In this document: positions 10,640-20,926 of the stretch, piece by piece | Numbering within the stretch: position 1 is the stretch's first letter | Layout of the letters: each line of letters begins with the position of its first letter | NCBI GenBank assembly: GCA_026134085.1 | Contig: JAOQIN010000012.1 | Location: forward strand, 1-42,754 | DNA from: Candidatus Methanoxibalbensis ujae | Lineage (GTDB): Archaea; Halobacteriota; Syntropharchaeia; Alkanophagales; Methanospirareceae | DNA length: 42,754 nt | Reading direction: 5' to 3' | The notes under the pieces: model-generated | What the model was told of the DNA's origin: nothing | What the model saw: the letters and a program-made list of their open reading frames with translations, nothing else | Databases searched by the model: none | Made by a program: the position numbers and the translations under genes

Positions 10640-11400
10640 TTCATCTTGAGTATATTTTCAATTCTTCTCATTCTTCTCACTTCCTCAAGATGATTTTTCC
10701 CATGTCAGCCCCCTGTGACTTGAGGAATGATTATAGGGGGATGTTCAATCATGTTGAGCCATCATTCGCAGGAAGAAAGCAGGAAGAAAATCCACATTCA
10801 CACCAATCATTCTTTTGTCAATGATTGCGGTCTCTCATCAAAATCAAACAATAATCTGAGAACTGTGCTTCATCTCTCCCTCCTTTTGATGTGCTCATCT
10901 TATTCTTTTTCTTTTTCGAAAGCGGAGAAGACTTAAACCTATGTATGTGGCTTCATCCCCATTTCTCTCCTGACTGTCCCATTTCTCTCCCGACTTCACC
11001 TCAGGAGGTCCTCATCAAAGCATATTACTCTTCCATCCTTTGGAGGCTGTATCTATCTCTCCGCCTAAACTCGTAATCAGGATCGTTTGATTCTTTCAAT
11101 GTCTTGGTTCTCCTGTATTGGTGTGTTTTATTCTCCTCTCTCAGGATTTGCCCTATTCATTCTATGCCTATTCTATATTCCTCTCTCAATCACATAATCT
11201 CTCAACTTTGAAAGAGCCATTGAAAAGGCAAATCCCCGGCTCAAAGCGACATCAGCATTGGACTTAAGTTTAAATCAATCTTCCGGAACTTTCATTGCTT
11301 GAGCATATGCAAATTTTTACTTCCACTATGTCCCTGCTGTATCCAATTTGAGTTTGTTCCCCTCTTCATTTGTAATTTCACAACATATATCATTTAACTA
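10640..11400 (-). mobile_element. IS630-family transposase relic (subgroup distinct from the adjacent element)
   Basis: Minus-strand fragments SKLRDYVIERGI, ILREENKTHQYRRTKTLKESNDPDYE, PPKDGRVICFDE and WLNMIE; ends approximate. Confidence 0.75.
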
Positions 11401-11414
11401 TGATTTTGAGGCAA

Positions 11415-12543
11415 TAGTACTCCAACATCTATTTCGAGTTAAGCTTAAACTTCTTACTTGCCTTCTCCCTCGTAAATCTCCAGTTAATCTTTGCTCTCTG
11501 TTCATTCCTTGCATTTTGCCATGCACTCATTTTTCCATAGTATCAATATCAGGAATCCTCCTCTTAAGGCACTGACTTTCTATAACTCCTATTTCAATCT
11601 CAGCCATGTCCAGCTACCATGTTTTGGAGTGTAATGGAAAACAACATTCTTCATTTTCTCCGCCTTCTTTTTATCAGAGGTAATAAGAGATTTCTCAGAA
11701 TGAGTATTCAGGTTATCCATGACTATGTGTTATGAATTTTATTAACCTTGTAGATGTCCACGAGTCTCTCTATAATGAGGAGTCCTCCTTTTTCCTTCTC
11801 TCTCTCACAATTGTGTACCTAAGACCTGCCTTAGGTTCTACCATCACAAATATGTTTGCTGTTCCATTCCTTATTCTGAATCTATACGCTCAGGCATTCC
11901 CGATCTCATTGGTAATGGAGTTCGAGGCAAGAAGTTGCTTGCTCTTCTCATCAAAGCATATTACTGGCTCCTCAGGATTGTATGGTCTTTCATACAACTC
12001 AAGTATTCTGTTCATTTGCTTTATGAATTCATCGGTTAATTCTGAGATACGCCATTTTAACCAGGGCTTTAGATTATGTTTCTTCAGCAGGATCCTGATG
12101 GGTTCTGTATATTGTCAACATCTTTATTGCTTCTTTCCTCAGCAGTTCTAATGTCCATCTTTCCCTGCTTTCAGGAGCATCACTGCATGCAATTGCTATA
12201 ATTTGCGCTTCTTGGGAAGATGACAGCTTTTTGTCCTGGCCCTGGTTTATCGTAAATTGCATTCAAACTATCATTAACATACCTTGTTCTTATCCTTTCC
12301 ACGGTCCTTTTTGAGACATTAAGGAGTTCACTTATTAAGGAGTTTACTTATTTCTCTGTCAGTTTTACCTTTATCTGCTAAAAGCAGAATCCATGCACGC
12401 TGAAATTCTCTTGCAGATCTCTTTTTGATACGAATTGCTGCGGGTATCCTTTGTCTTCTGTGGTGAGTTTAACCTCATACTTTTTGTTGACCATGAAGTA
12501 TATGGTAACTAGTCATATTTAATCATATTTATGTTGCATACCA
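11415..12543 (-). mobile_element. IS630-family element with pseudogenised transposase
   Basis: Start MVNKKYEVKL at 12494, IIAIACSDAP..RERWTL, PVICFDEK, VFHYTPKHGSW..AEIEIG and QCLKRRIPD; imperfect terminal IRs TAGTACTCCAACAT (11415) and ATGTTGCATACCA (12531-12543). Confidence 0.85.
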
Positions 12544-12860
12544 GTTCAGTAGCGTAAGCTGTCGGCATTGGTTTTTGCATGTTCAATTCTCGGTCGTAAT
12601 TATTGTCGTCCTCATGTTCCTCTCCGCCCAAGGCAATCTGCCCGGCTAACGACAATGGCTCACCACATCAGCCTGAAGCACCTTTCCATCACAGCTACCC
12701 ACCCCTTCTCAGCGATGCAGCACTGCACTTGATTGAATTCTGCACTGAGCTCCCCGAACTTCCGGAGTGTATTTGCAGGGATGGAAATGGAGTCAGGGCG
12801 AGGCAGTTCTTTGTTGGTTCTTTATACTCTTGCTCTCTTTTATACTGTTGCATGTGTGAA

Positions 12861-14327
12861 ATGCGGCGCACGATGCTGAGTGCGGTGGATATGAGTGAGC
12901 GTGTGAGATCCGGTGAGAATTGTGAGGAGATTCTGCACGAGATATACGAGCGTATAAGAAGCAGTGAGCTGAACTGCTACATCACATTGAATGACAAGGC
13001 GCTTGATGAAGCCGTTCAAATTGACAGGAGAGAAGGGGGTAAAAGTGGATGTGGGAAACTGCTTGGCGTGCCTGTTGCGGTAAAAGATTGCATATCCACA
13101 CGCGGGATACGAACAACATGCGCGTCAAGGATTCTCAATGATTATGTTCCGCCATTTGATGCGACTGTGGTTGCTGCGCTTAGGGAGGAGGGTGCGATAA
13201 TCGTGGGAAAGACGAACATGGATGAGTTCTGCATGGGTTCAACAACCGAAACCAGTTACTTCGGTCCGACGCTCAACCCGCATGACACGAGCAGAGTTCC
13301 GGGAGGCTCATCAGGTGGGAGCGCAGCGGCTATAGCTGCGGGAGAAACGATAATTGCACTCGGCTCTGACACTGGAGGCTCTATTCGCTGTCCTGCTGCA
13401 TTCTGCGGTGTGGTCGGGCTGAAGCCAACTTACGGTCTTGTGAGCAGATACGGGCTCATCGCGTATGCGAACTCACTTGAGCAGATAGGACCGATGGCAT
13501 CATCCGTCAGAGATGTTGCACTGCTGCTTGATGTGATCTCACTGAAGGATCGCAGGGACAGCACGCAGGTGAAGCTTCCGCCGAGCGATGCGCGGACAAA
13601 TTTCAACGCAGATTCCGTTCTGGGTATGAGCGGGGATGATGCGATCTCCTCATTGAAAGGATTGCGAATAGGAGTTCCGGCAGAGTTTGTTCATGGAATT
13701 TCAAAAGATGTTGAGCGTGCTTTTTGGAGTGCGATTCACGCACTTGAGGATGAAGGAGCTTCTTATGAAGAGATGCACATGGACACCATGAAATATGCGC
13801 TCGCCGCTTACTACATCATCGCAATGTCTGAGGCATCATCAAACCTCGCCCGCTACGACGGACTTCGCTATGGATTGCGCCTCAACAGAGATGATGACTG
13901 GCACACAACTTTCTCCCGCATAAGAGGCGAAGGATTCGGTGAAGAAGTGAAACGTCGCATAATCCTCGGCACCTTCGCACTCTCCGCGGGATATTACGGG
14001 CGATACTACCTCAAAGCGCTCAAGGTGCGCACACTCGTTAAGCGTGAGTTTGAATCTGCTTTCAGGAAATACGATGTGCTTGCAACGCCTACAATGCCTA
14101 TGACCCCTTTCAGACTTGGGGAAAGAATAAAAGATCCGCTTTCGCTTTATCTCGTGGATGTCAACACAGTTCCAATAAATCTCGCAGGCGTCCCCGCAAT
14201 TTCTATACCTTGCGCACTCTCACCACTGCCCGTGGGAATGCAACTGATCGCTTCGCATTTTGAGGAGGAAAAACTGCTGAAAGTCGCTCTCGCCTGCGAA
14301 AATTTGATGAATGCTCACTTTTTATGA
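12861..14327 (+). CDS. gatA: Asp/Glu-tRNA amidotransferase subunit A
   Basis: Amidase signature GKTNMDEF, PGGSSGGSAAA, GSDTGGSIRCPA, EASSNLARYDG and EVKRRIILG; true start is probably ATG 12861 or 12873, not the TTG at 12603. Confidence 0.95.
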   Translation: MRRTMLSAVDMSERVRSGENCEEILHEIYERIRSSELNCYITLNDKALDEAVQIDRREGGKSGCGKLLGVPVAVKDCISTRGIRTTCASRILNDYVPPFDATVVAALREEGAIIVGKTNMDEFCMGSTTETSYFGPTLNPHDTSRVPGGSSGGSAAAIAAGETIIALGSDTGGSIRCPAAFCGVVGLKPTYGLVSRYGLIAYANSLEQIGPMASSVRDVALLLDVISLKDRRDSTQVKLPPSDARTNFNADSVLGMSGDDAISSLKGLRIGVPAEFVHGISKDVERAFWSAIHALEDEGASYEEMHMDTMKYALAAYYIIAMSEASSNLARYDGLRYGLRLNRDDDWHTTFSRIRGEGFGEEVKRRIILGTFALSAGYYGRYYLKALKVRTLVKREFESAFRKYDVLATPTMPMTPFRLGERIKDPLSLYLVDVNTVPINLAGVPAISIPCALSPLPVGMQLIASHFEEEKLLKVALACENLMNAHFL

Positions 14328-14716
14328 AAAGACCACACTTTTCACACACATCATCTGCTGTGCGACAATTGATGTCAAATTTCTCACCTTGATATTCACG
14401 CTGCTTACTCGGTTCTGCACAGTCCTGACCGCAGGAGCACAGTGATAAAAAGTGTTAATTATATTATTTTATTTAATTTTATTATTATATAGTATTTTTC
14501 CCTCTGTTTTTCTTTCTTCAGGCACTCCAAATTCTTCCTCAAATTTTCTTATTTTCGTCAAATTATGATAGAGTAATGAGCTGACGCCATGATTATATGC
14601 TTTTTCAATGATATATTTCCAGTATTTATCGTTTGTCTCAACCATATATTAAGGTCAAACAATCTGCTGACAATGAACAGATGGCAATGAATAGATGTCA
14701 ATGAGATGGAGAGGCG

Positions 14717-15724
14717 ATGACATCGTATATGATTGAAACTTTCAATTTGACAAAAAAGTTTGTTCATGTGAGGGGATTCACGGAGTTATTGTTGCATCCG
14801 TTCAGGAAAAGGGAGGTCATAGCGTTCAAAGATGTGAGTATAAAGGTTAAAGAGGGAGAAATATTTGGCATTCTTGGACCAAATGGAGCGGGAAAAACAA
14901 CCTTAGGTGTTATGCACTTTAATCCTGCCAACAAGCGGAAAAGCATTTGTAGATGGCCATGATATCGTTAAAGAGGAGAAAGAAGTGAAGACATCCATCG
15001 GTCTTGTTACGGGTGAAGAGCGGAGTTTCTACTGGAGATTGACAGGCAGGCAGAACCTGAAATTCTTCGCCCATCTTTACAATCTGTCTCCTTCTGAAGC
15101 GCAGAGGAGAATAGACGAAGTGCTGGAATTCGCTGGATTGAAAGAGAAAGCAGATGACAGGTTTTACAGCTATTCCGCAGGCATGAAACAGCGATTGGCA
15201 ATCGCGAGAGCTCTGTTAAATGATCCAAAAATACTGTTCATGGATGAGCCTACAAAGAGCTTGGATCCCATCGCCGCTCAAAATCTGAGAGATTTTATCG
15301 AGAAAATTGTCAGAGAGCAGGGAAAAACTGTTTTCCTGTCCACTCACAACCTGACTGAGGCAGAGCAGTTATGCGACAGGATCGCCTTCATCAATAAGCA
15401 GATAAAAGCGTATGGAACAGTAAATGAGCTCAGGAAGATGATGGCGGGAAGAGGAGAAATATATGTCATAGAAGTGAAAAATATCAACAGAAGAACTCTC
15501 ATACACTGAGAAATTTTGACAATATTGTCAATTTTTCGTGTCATTTTCAATCCGATTCTGCGTTAATAGAGATACATCTCATCAGCAGGGAAATTTTACC
15601 GTATATAATAGAGGAAATTGTGAAGGCGGGCGGTAAGATATATGCATGTAGTAGAAAGGAGATAGTTATTGATGATATATTCAAAGTAATTGAGGATGAT
15701 GGAAGAAAAAGAAACGGAACATGA
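14717..15724 (+). pseudogene. ABC-2 type exporter ATP-binding subunit, frameshifted twice
   Basis: Walker [10 protein letters not shown] in ORF 14717-14962; YSAGMKQR, ILFMDEPT and STH in ORF 14907-15509; the C-terminal tail (..IIEEIVKAGGKIY..DDIF..) continues in another frame to TGA 15722-15724. Confidence 0.85.
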
Positions 15725-15795
15725 TGGAAGAAATTGAACAAAAAGCAAAAGGGAGGAGGGATGGAATTTAAAAACCGTGAATGTGTGAGGAGGCT

Positions 15796-16620
15796 ATGAA
15801 TAAAAATTCTGATGCGATTGTTAAAGCACTTGCATTCGTTAAAAGGGATTTCATGATGGCAATAAGCTATAAATTCTCTTTTTTTCTGCAATTATTTGGC
15901 ATTTTTCTCTCCGTCCTGACTTTTTATTTTATAGCGAAGATGTTTGGCAGTGCTTCCATACCCTATCTTGAACCTTATGGAGGTGATTATTTCTCCTTTG
16001 TGCTTATAGGTATTGCATTCTCGGGTTATCTGACGACGGGATTGGGAAGTTTCTCGGGAAGCATAAGGAGTGAGCAGGTGATGGGAACTCTGGAGGCGGT
16101 GCTCTTGACGCCGACAAGCACTCATTTCATCATCATCTCATCATCTCTCTGGAGTTTCATATTTACTTCCATAAGGGTGATGGCATATCTGCTCATAGGC
16201 GTGTTCCTGTTTGATGTGAACATGAGCAGCGCGAATATTTTCGGCGCATTGCTTGTCCTCGCCCTGACGATCATATGCTTCAGCTGTATCGGAATAATCT
16301 CAGCGAGCTTTATCATGATTTTCAAACAGGGCGACCCAATAAATTGGGCATTCAGCACATTGTCCGGACTTCTTGGAGGCGTGTTCTACCCCATAACAGT
16401 TCTTCCTGAATGGCTGCAAAATTTTTCCCATCTGTTGCCCATCACTTATTCATTAAGGGCGATGAGACTTGCTCTATTGCAGGGCCACTCCCTGAGAGCA
16501 TTGGCTCCTGATATATTCGCTTTAATTTTGTTTTCCATCATTTTGATTCCTATCAGTGCCACAATATTCAAATATGCAGTCAAAATTGCCAAAAAAGAAG
16601 GAAGTCTCGCTCTGTATTAA
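15796..16620 (+). CDS. ABC-2 type transporter permease
   Basis: About six hydrophobic segments, EQVMGTLEAVLLTP, GVFYPITVLPEWLQ and LPITY; RBS GAGGAGG before ATG 15796. Confidence 0.9.
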   Translation: MNKNSDAIVKALAFVKRDFMMAISYKFSFFLQLFGIFLSVLTFYFIAKMFGSASIPYLEPYGGDYFSFVLIGIAFSGYLTTGLGSFSGSIRSEQVMGTLEAVLLTPTSTHFIIISSSLWSFIFTSIRVMAYLLIGVFLFDVNMSSANIFGALLVLALTIICFSCIGIISASFIMIFKQGDPINWAFSTLSGLLGGVFYPITVLPEWLQNFSHLLPITYSLRAMRLALLQGHSLRALAPDIFALILFSIILIPISATIFKYAVKIAKKEGSLALY

Positions 16621-16800
16621 AATTTTTAATGCATTATCATCTGTTCACAGCACTTTCAGCACATCCACGAGACTTCCTCCCGGCGATCGCCTTCGCGGTT
16701 CCGTTTATCTGAAATGCCTGAAAAATAAAAATGATGATGATGAAATAAAAATGAAAATAAAAATAAAAAATCAATCAACAAAAAAGAAAAAAAGAAAAAC

Positions 16801-18555
16801 TCACAATTTTCTGCGGCTTATCAGAGCGATCAGAGTGAGTGCGGCGAGAATCGCTGACATCATGACAATTCCGACCGGCGAAAGCACAGGCACCCTCTCA
16901 CGAATTTCATGAATGTTCACTTTGAACACACGTGTTTCTGGGAGGTAGAGGAACGCAGATTTCAAATCATCCTTTGCATATTTGAACGCTTTCTTCTCCT
17001 CAGATGTCGCCGTTCCAGTTTTGCATTTCTTTCTCAGATCAAAGAATCGCTCTGGGAATATGTCTTCCCTCGCTTCAACACGAACTTCATGCCCGCTTGA
17101 CCTTTGAATGAATGTGTATGCGTAGTTCTCAACACTCAAATTCACTATGTCCGTTCCCGCAGGAGGCTCAATTCTCAAATTCTCGCCGCCAAAAATGTAT
17201 TCAAATGTCTGTCTATGCCCCTTTGAGGGGTGAGCGCAGATGACTTCAATGTCTCCTCTCACTGGCCTCTCAAATATTTCAAATATTGAAAATGCGAGCT
17301 GCGTGGCTCTGAACGCCGACGCAACGCAAGGACAGATTTCGCCATCGCCGACCTCCTCAATTGTGATGTTCAAAAGCGTTTCTCCGTCGCAGTCGTAAAT
17401 CTGCAGGACAAATGTTGAAATCTCCCTGTTCGCTGAAATCTCCACCCATTTCACAATATTTTCGTGAGGGCAGAGCGCCCTGCTACCGTTGTATTTGTAT
17501 GTCAGGTTTTCAAGAAGCATCGGAATGTATTTTTTCGTGAAGAAGCCAACGCTCACCATGTTCGCAACGACGACAGGCGTTGAGTTCACGCTCACATTCT
17601 CCACAACCGCTCGCAGTCCAAGCTCTGGATGCATCGTTTTGTTGTCCACGACGGGCAGATGAATGAAACCGAAGCGCACATCCTCAATTGGAATGCCCTT
17701 CCGATGCCTCAGAATGAGTTTTATCTGCTCCGCAAGCGACTCGTGGTCTGCAATCCATTTTTCAAAGTAAGAGGCGTTGAATGTGCCGTGAGATGCGAAG
17801 ACAACTGTCTCGTTCTCCGCCTCAGAAATGAGCTCTGCTGCGTTCTCCGCAAGCGTCTGTGCGAGCAATGAGCTGTTGTCCAACGCATCCGTAAGAACGA
17901 TTTCTGCTGTTGTGTTCACTGGAACCAGTTCATCTTCCTCCGTATGCTTCACTGTGAGCGCAGGCGTCAGATATTCACGGCGAATTATGCATTTTCCTTC
18001 CACTGCGAGGACAGAACGGCGGACAGGCTCGCCTTCAACGAAAGTAAGCACTTCTGACTCTGGAGGCGTTTCTCGAAGGCGTAGAACATATTTTATCTCC
18101 TCAATATGACCGCTGTGCGACGAGATGAACAGAGGAACCGCTACAATTTTCGTGACATTATGCTCGTTCAGCCTGTCAACCGCTATGTTTATCGTCTCAT
18201 CAGGCACAAATTCAAGAAATCCAAGCTCAACAGGATATGGAAGCTCTGAAGCAACTCTGCGAAAAACCTCACGAACAGGCTCGCGCCATGTCTCACTGGG
18301 ACTGCCGTGTGCGATTATGAGGATGCCCACTCCATTTTTCTCACTTATATCTCCTTCACTTCCAGCTGCATCTGCGATTTCGCCACTTGGCGTCTTTGAT
18401 GTTTGCACAGTTTCTGTCTGTGCCTCTGCTTTCTGCATTGCGCCCGGTGCGTGTGACGCTGCTGAAAGTAAAAACTGAGCTGAAAACGAAAAAGGCACTG
18501 ATAAAAGCATTATTAAAACAACAGTTGCCACATTCAGCATCACGCCTCGCATCAT
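16801..18555 (-). CDS. Exported CbiX/sirohydrochlorin-chelatase-like protein with an FmdE-like C-terminal domain and a VPxxxP-type sorting tail
   Basis: Hydrophobic N-terminal signal; GILIIAHGS, ELGFLEF, AVPLFISSHSGH and a second VFASHG; ICPCVASAFRA..AHPSKGH; tail VPVLSPVG-hydrophobic-RRKL. Start uncertain (18570/18555/18540). Confidence 0.75.
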   Translation of the reverse strand: MMRGVMLNVATVVLIMLLSVPFSFSAQFLLSAASHAPGAMQKAEAQTETVQTSKTPSGEIADAAGSEGDISEKNGVGILIIAHGSPSETWREPVREVFRRVASELPYPVELGFLEFVPDETINIAVDRLNEHNVTKIVAVPLFISSHSGHIEEIKYVLRLRETPPESEVLTFVEGEPVRRSVLAVEGKCIIRREYLTPALTVKHTEEDELVPVNTTAEIVLTDALDNSSLLAQTLAENAAELISEAENETVVFASHGTFNASYFEKWIADHESLAEQIKLILRHRKGIPIEDVRFGFIHLPVVDNKTMHPELGLRAVVENVSVNSTPVVVANMVSVGFFTKKYIPMLLENLTYKYNGSRALCPHENIVKWVEISANREISTFVLQIYDCDGETLLNITIEEVGDGEICPCVASAFRATQLAFSIFEIFERPVRGDIEVICAHPSKGHRQTFEYIFGGENLRIEPPAGTDIVNLSVENYAYTFIQRSSGHEVRVEAREDIFPERFFDLRKKCKTGTATSEEKKAFKYAKDDLKSAFLYLPETRVFKVNIHEIRERVPVLSPVGIVMMSAILAALTLIALISRRKL

Positions 18556-19529
18556 ATTCAAAATAATCAAAATTAGAAACTCAAAAATTTTACTCTAAAA
18601 TTTTTAGGAATTTAAGAATTATCCCGAAATTTTTAGATTTTAGCCAGATGCTGAAGATATTGACAGCGCATGTTACAGCGCATGTTCCTCCTATGCGTCG
18701 CATCCATCCGCTGCAAACGCACATGCATCAAGAAGCGATGAATATCTTGGCATCCTCACAGAACCATCGCCCCAATTCACGCTTTATCTCCTCAAAATTC
18801 CTCTCTATATCCTCCACTGTCATCCTGTTACATTCTTCCGCGGATAATTTTCTCAACAGCCTTTCCAAATCTCTCAAAATCCTGCTCATTTCATCCGTTC
18901 TCACTTCTTATCACCTTTCCGCTGCTTCACATGCTCAGATGCCATACAGTGCTGCAAAAAATGGGCGGAGATATCCATTGCATGCATTTTTTTCCCCTCT
19001 ATTATAATGAATTAATTAGATTTGTAAATAATTTTTCCTAAAAAATGTAGATTGAAAATGTAAAATCAAATTTGCATAACAGACATGATCTCAAGTGGAG
19101 CGGATTTATAAAAGAATTTTTGAGATCATCTTACATTAACCTCAGCCTTCTGGGCAGACCGGATGATGTCGGAGCCTCCATGATTGTGGCAGAGGAATCG
19201 CACTCTCGCATGCATTATACACTCTCATTGCATATATTGACACTCTCCAAGATGTTTTAAGATTCACACAAAGCTTCACCCTTGGCTGCCCAAAAGGCTC
19301 TTTTCTTTAAATCTCCGTGCATGTCATTTCAAAACCATTGCATCTCTGCAATTTTTTCATTATGATAAAAAGAAATCATGGATTTCTGCAAAGGGATGAT
19401 GTCGGATTGCTTTGATGATGTTGGATTGCCTGATGAAATTGAAGAAAGAAGTAAGATAGGGCAAGATAAGGCAAGCGGAGGGAGGAGGAAGGAGGATATA
19501 GAAAGAGAAAAACGAAGAGATAAGCACAC

Positions 19530-19790
19530 TTTTAAAGGTTTTTCAATGGCACGCAGATGAACTATTATGTTGTATGCATGTGGCTTTTCTCGCATTTCGT
19601 GACGATGGAACGCACATCAGACATCGTTTCATATGGCCGGCTACGACATCTCATACTTTCATATAGCTGGCTACGACATCTCATACAGAGAAAAGAAGGA
19701 AACGATGAACATCATGCGCATTGAATACTACCTGAATACTCTGGAACACAGGAATGTGAGAGGTGAAATGGAAATGATAAATAGCTTGAT
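19530..19790 (+). pseudogene. cas4: cas4 (type I-B-like) remnant
   Basis: GTQMNYYVVC-MWLFSHFVTMERTSDIVSYGRL then SYREKKE..EYYLNTL; internal deletions and a 30-bp tandem duplication at 19627-19686. Confidence 0.8.
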
Positions 19791-20337
19791 TTACTCCATC
19801 GCCTGAGACGGAAAGGATAACGCAGCTTATGGTATTGGAAGGAGCCATACACTTTCAGAGCTGGAGATATTGGAGGGTTTCAGATTTAAAACAAGGACTG
19901 AAACTCCTACGCTAAGCTTCGGTAACTCACTGCTATACGGTGCTGACTGAAACAACACGCAGCTGAATCCTGCGATAAGCTATTTGCATGAGCCTTTTGA
20001 GCGGAGGTTCTCACTCGCTCTTGACATTGCGGAAGTATTCAAGCCATTCCTCGTTGATCGTGTGATATTCAAGCTTGTGAACATGAACATGCTTTGTGAT
20101 AATGATTTTGTGAGCGATCTGAATGCGTGTTTGCTGAATGAGAGAGGTCGCAGTTTATTGAGGAATGGGGGAGGATGGTATCATATCAGAGGCAAGTTTA
20201 ACGGGACGCTCATGCGTAATGGTATAAACGGAATGGGAGAGGATAGTATCATATCAGAGGCTTATCAGACTGGAGTGCTATAAATGAAACATCTGCTCAG
20301 CACAAAAAAATATAAGCCGTTTGTTATCTGGTGGTAG
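19790..20337 (+). pseudogene. cas1: cas1 (type I-B) remnant
   Basis: [50 protein letters not shown] and C-terminus KHLL..KKYKPFVIWW*; N-terminal half largely deleted. Confidence 0.9.
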
Positions 20338-20427
20338 TGGAGGGAAGAAATGAATGAGCTCCGCAGAAGCTCGTGGCTGCGGGGATGTGAGGATGTGAGA
20401 CAGTGAATAGGAAGCGGAGAATAGAAA

Positions 20428-20675
20428 ATGTATGTCATAATCGTGTATGATGTGAATGTGGAGCGCGTGGCGAAAATATACCATTATTTACTCAAATACC
20501 TTAATTGGGTGCAGAACTCAGGAGGGAGAACTTACAGACTCACAACAAATAAAGCATGACATCAAAAGAATCATAAATGAAGGAGAAGATTCTGTGAGAT
20601 TGTATATTTTTAGAACGAAGGATCAACTGAAAACTGAGACAATATGAAAAAAGATCAATCTCAACCATTATCTGA
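20428..20675 (+). pseudogene. cas2: cas2, frameshifted
   Basis: [31 protein letters not shown], then frameshift (VF codons lost) to EGELT..GEDSVRLY. Confidence 0.9.
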
Positions 20676-20679
20676 GATT

Positions 20680-20926
20680 AATTTATTAAATTGAAATTTT
20701 CTTATTTCTACTGCTCGCCTCCAGCATTTTCAAAATGTCTGTCCTCTCCGTTATTGTAATCTATATTAATAAGAAAACTGAATACGGAAGATGTTCAATA
20801 TTATCATAAGATTCAATCGTCGGCAACCTTTATATATGGGGAGCATGATCATAGATTCGAGAGGAGGCATCGCTGAGGGAGAAAGGAGATCCCCGATATA
20901 CGGGGAAATGAGAAATATCAGAGGCT
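20680..20926 (+). promoter_or_regulatory. CRISPR leader with TATA-like element
   Basis: Non-coding segment between cas2 and the first repeat; AACC-TTTATATA at about 20825-20836; the degenerate repeat lies at the opposite end of the array. Confidence 0.7.

Noticed and set aside
12603..12860. 86-aa N-terminal extension of GatA
   Set aside because: Starts at TTG with non-amidase-like composition; homology begins near MRRTMLSA
18640..19520. Possible cas3/cas6 remnants upstream of cas4
   Set aside because: No recognisable motif recovered; left unannotated
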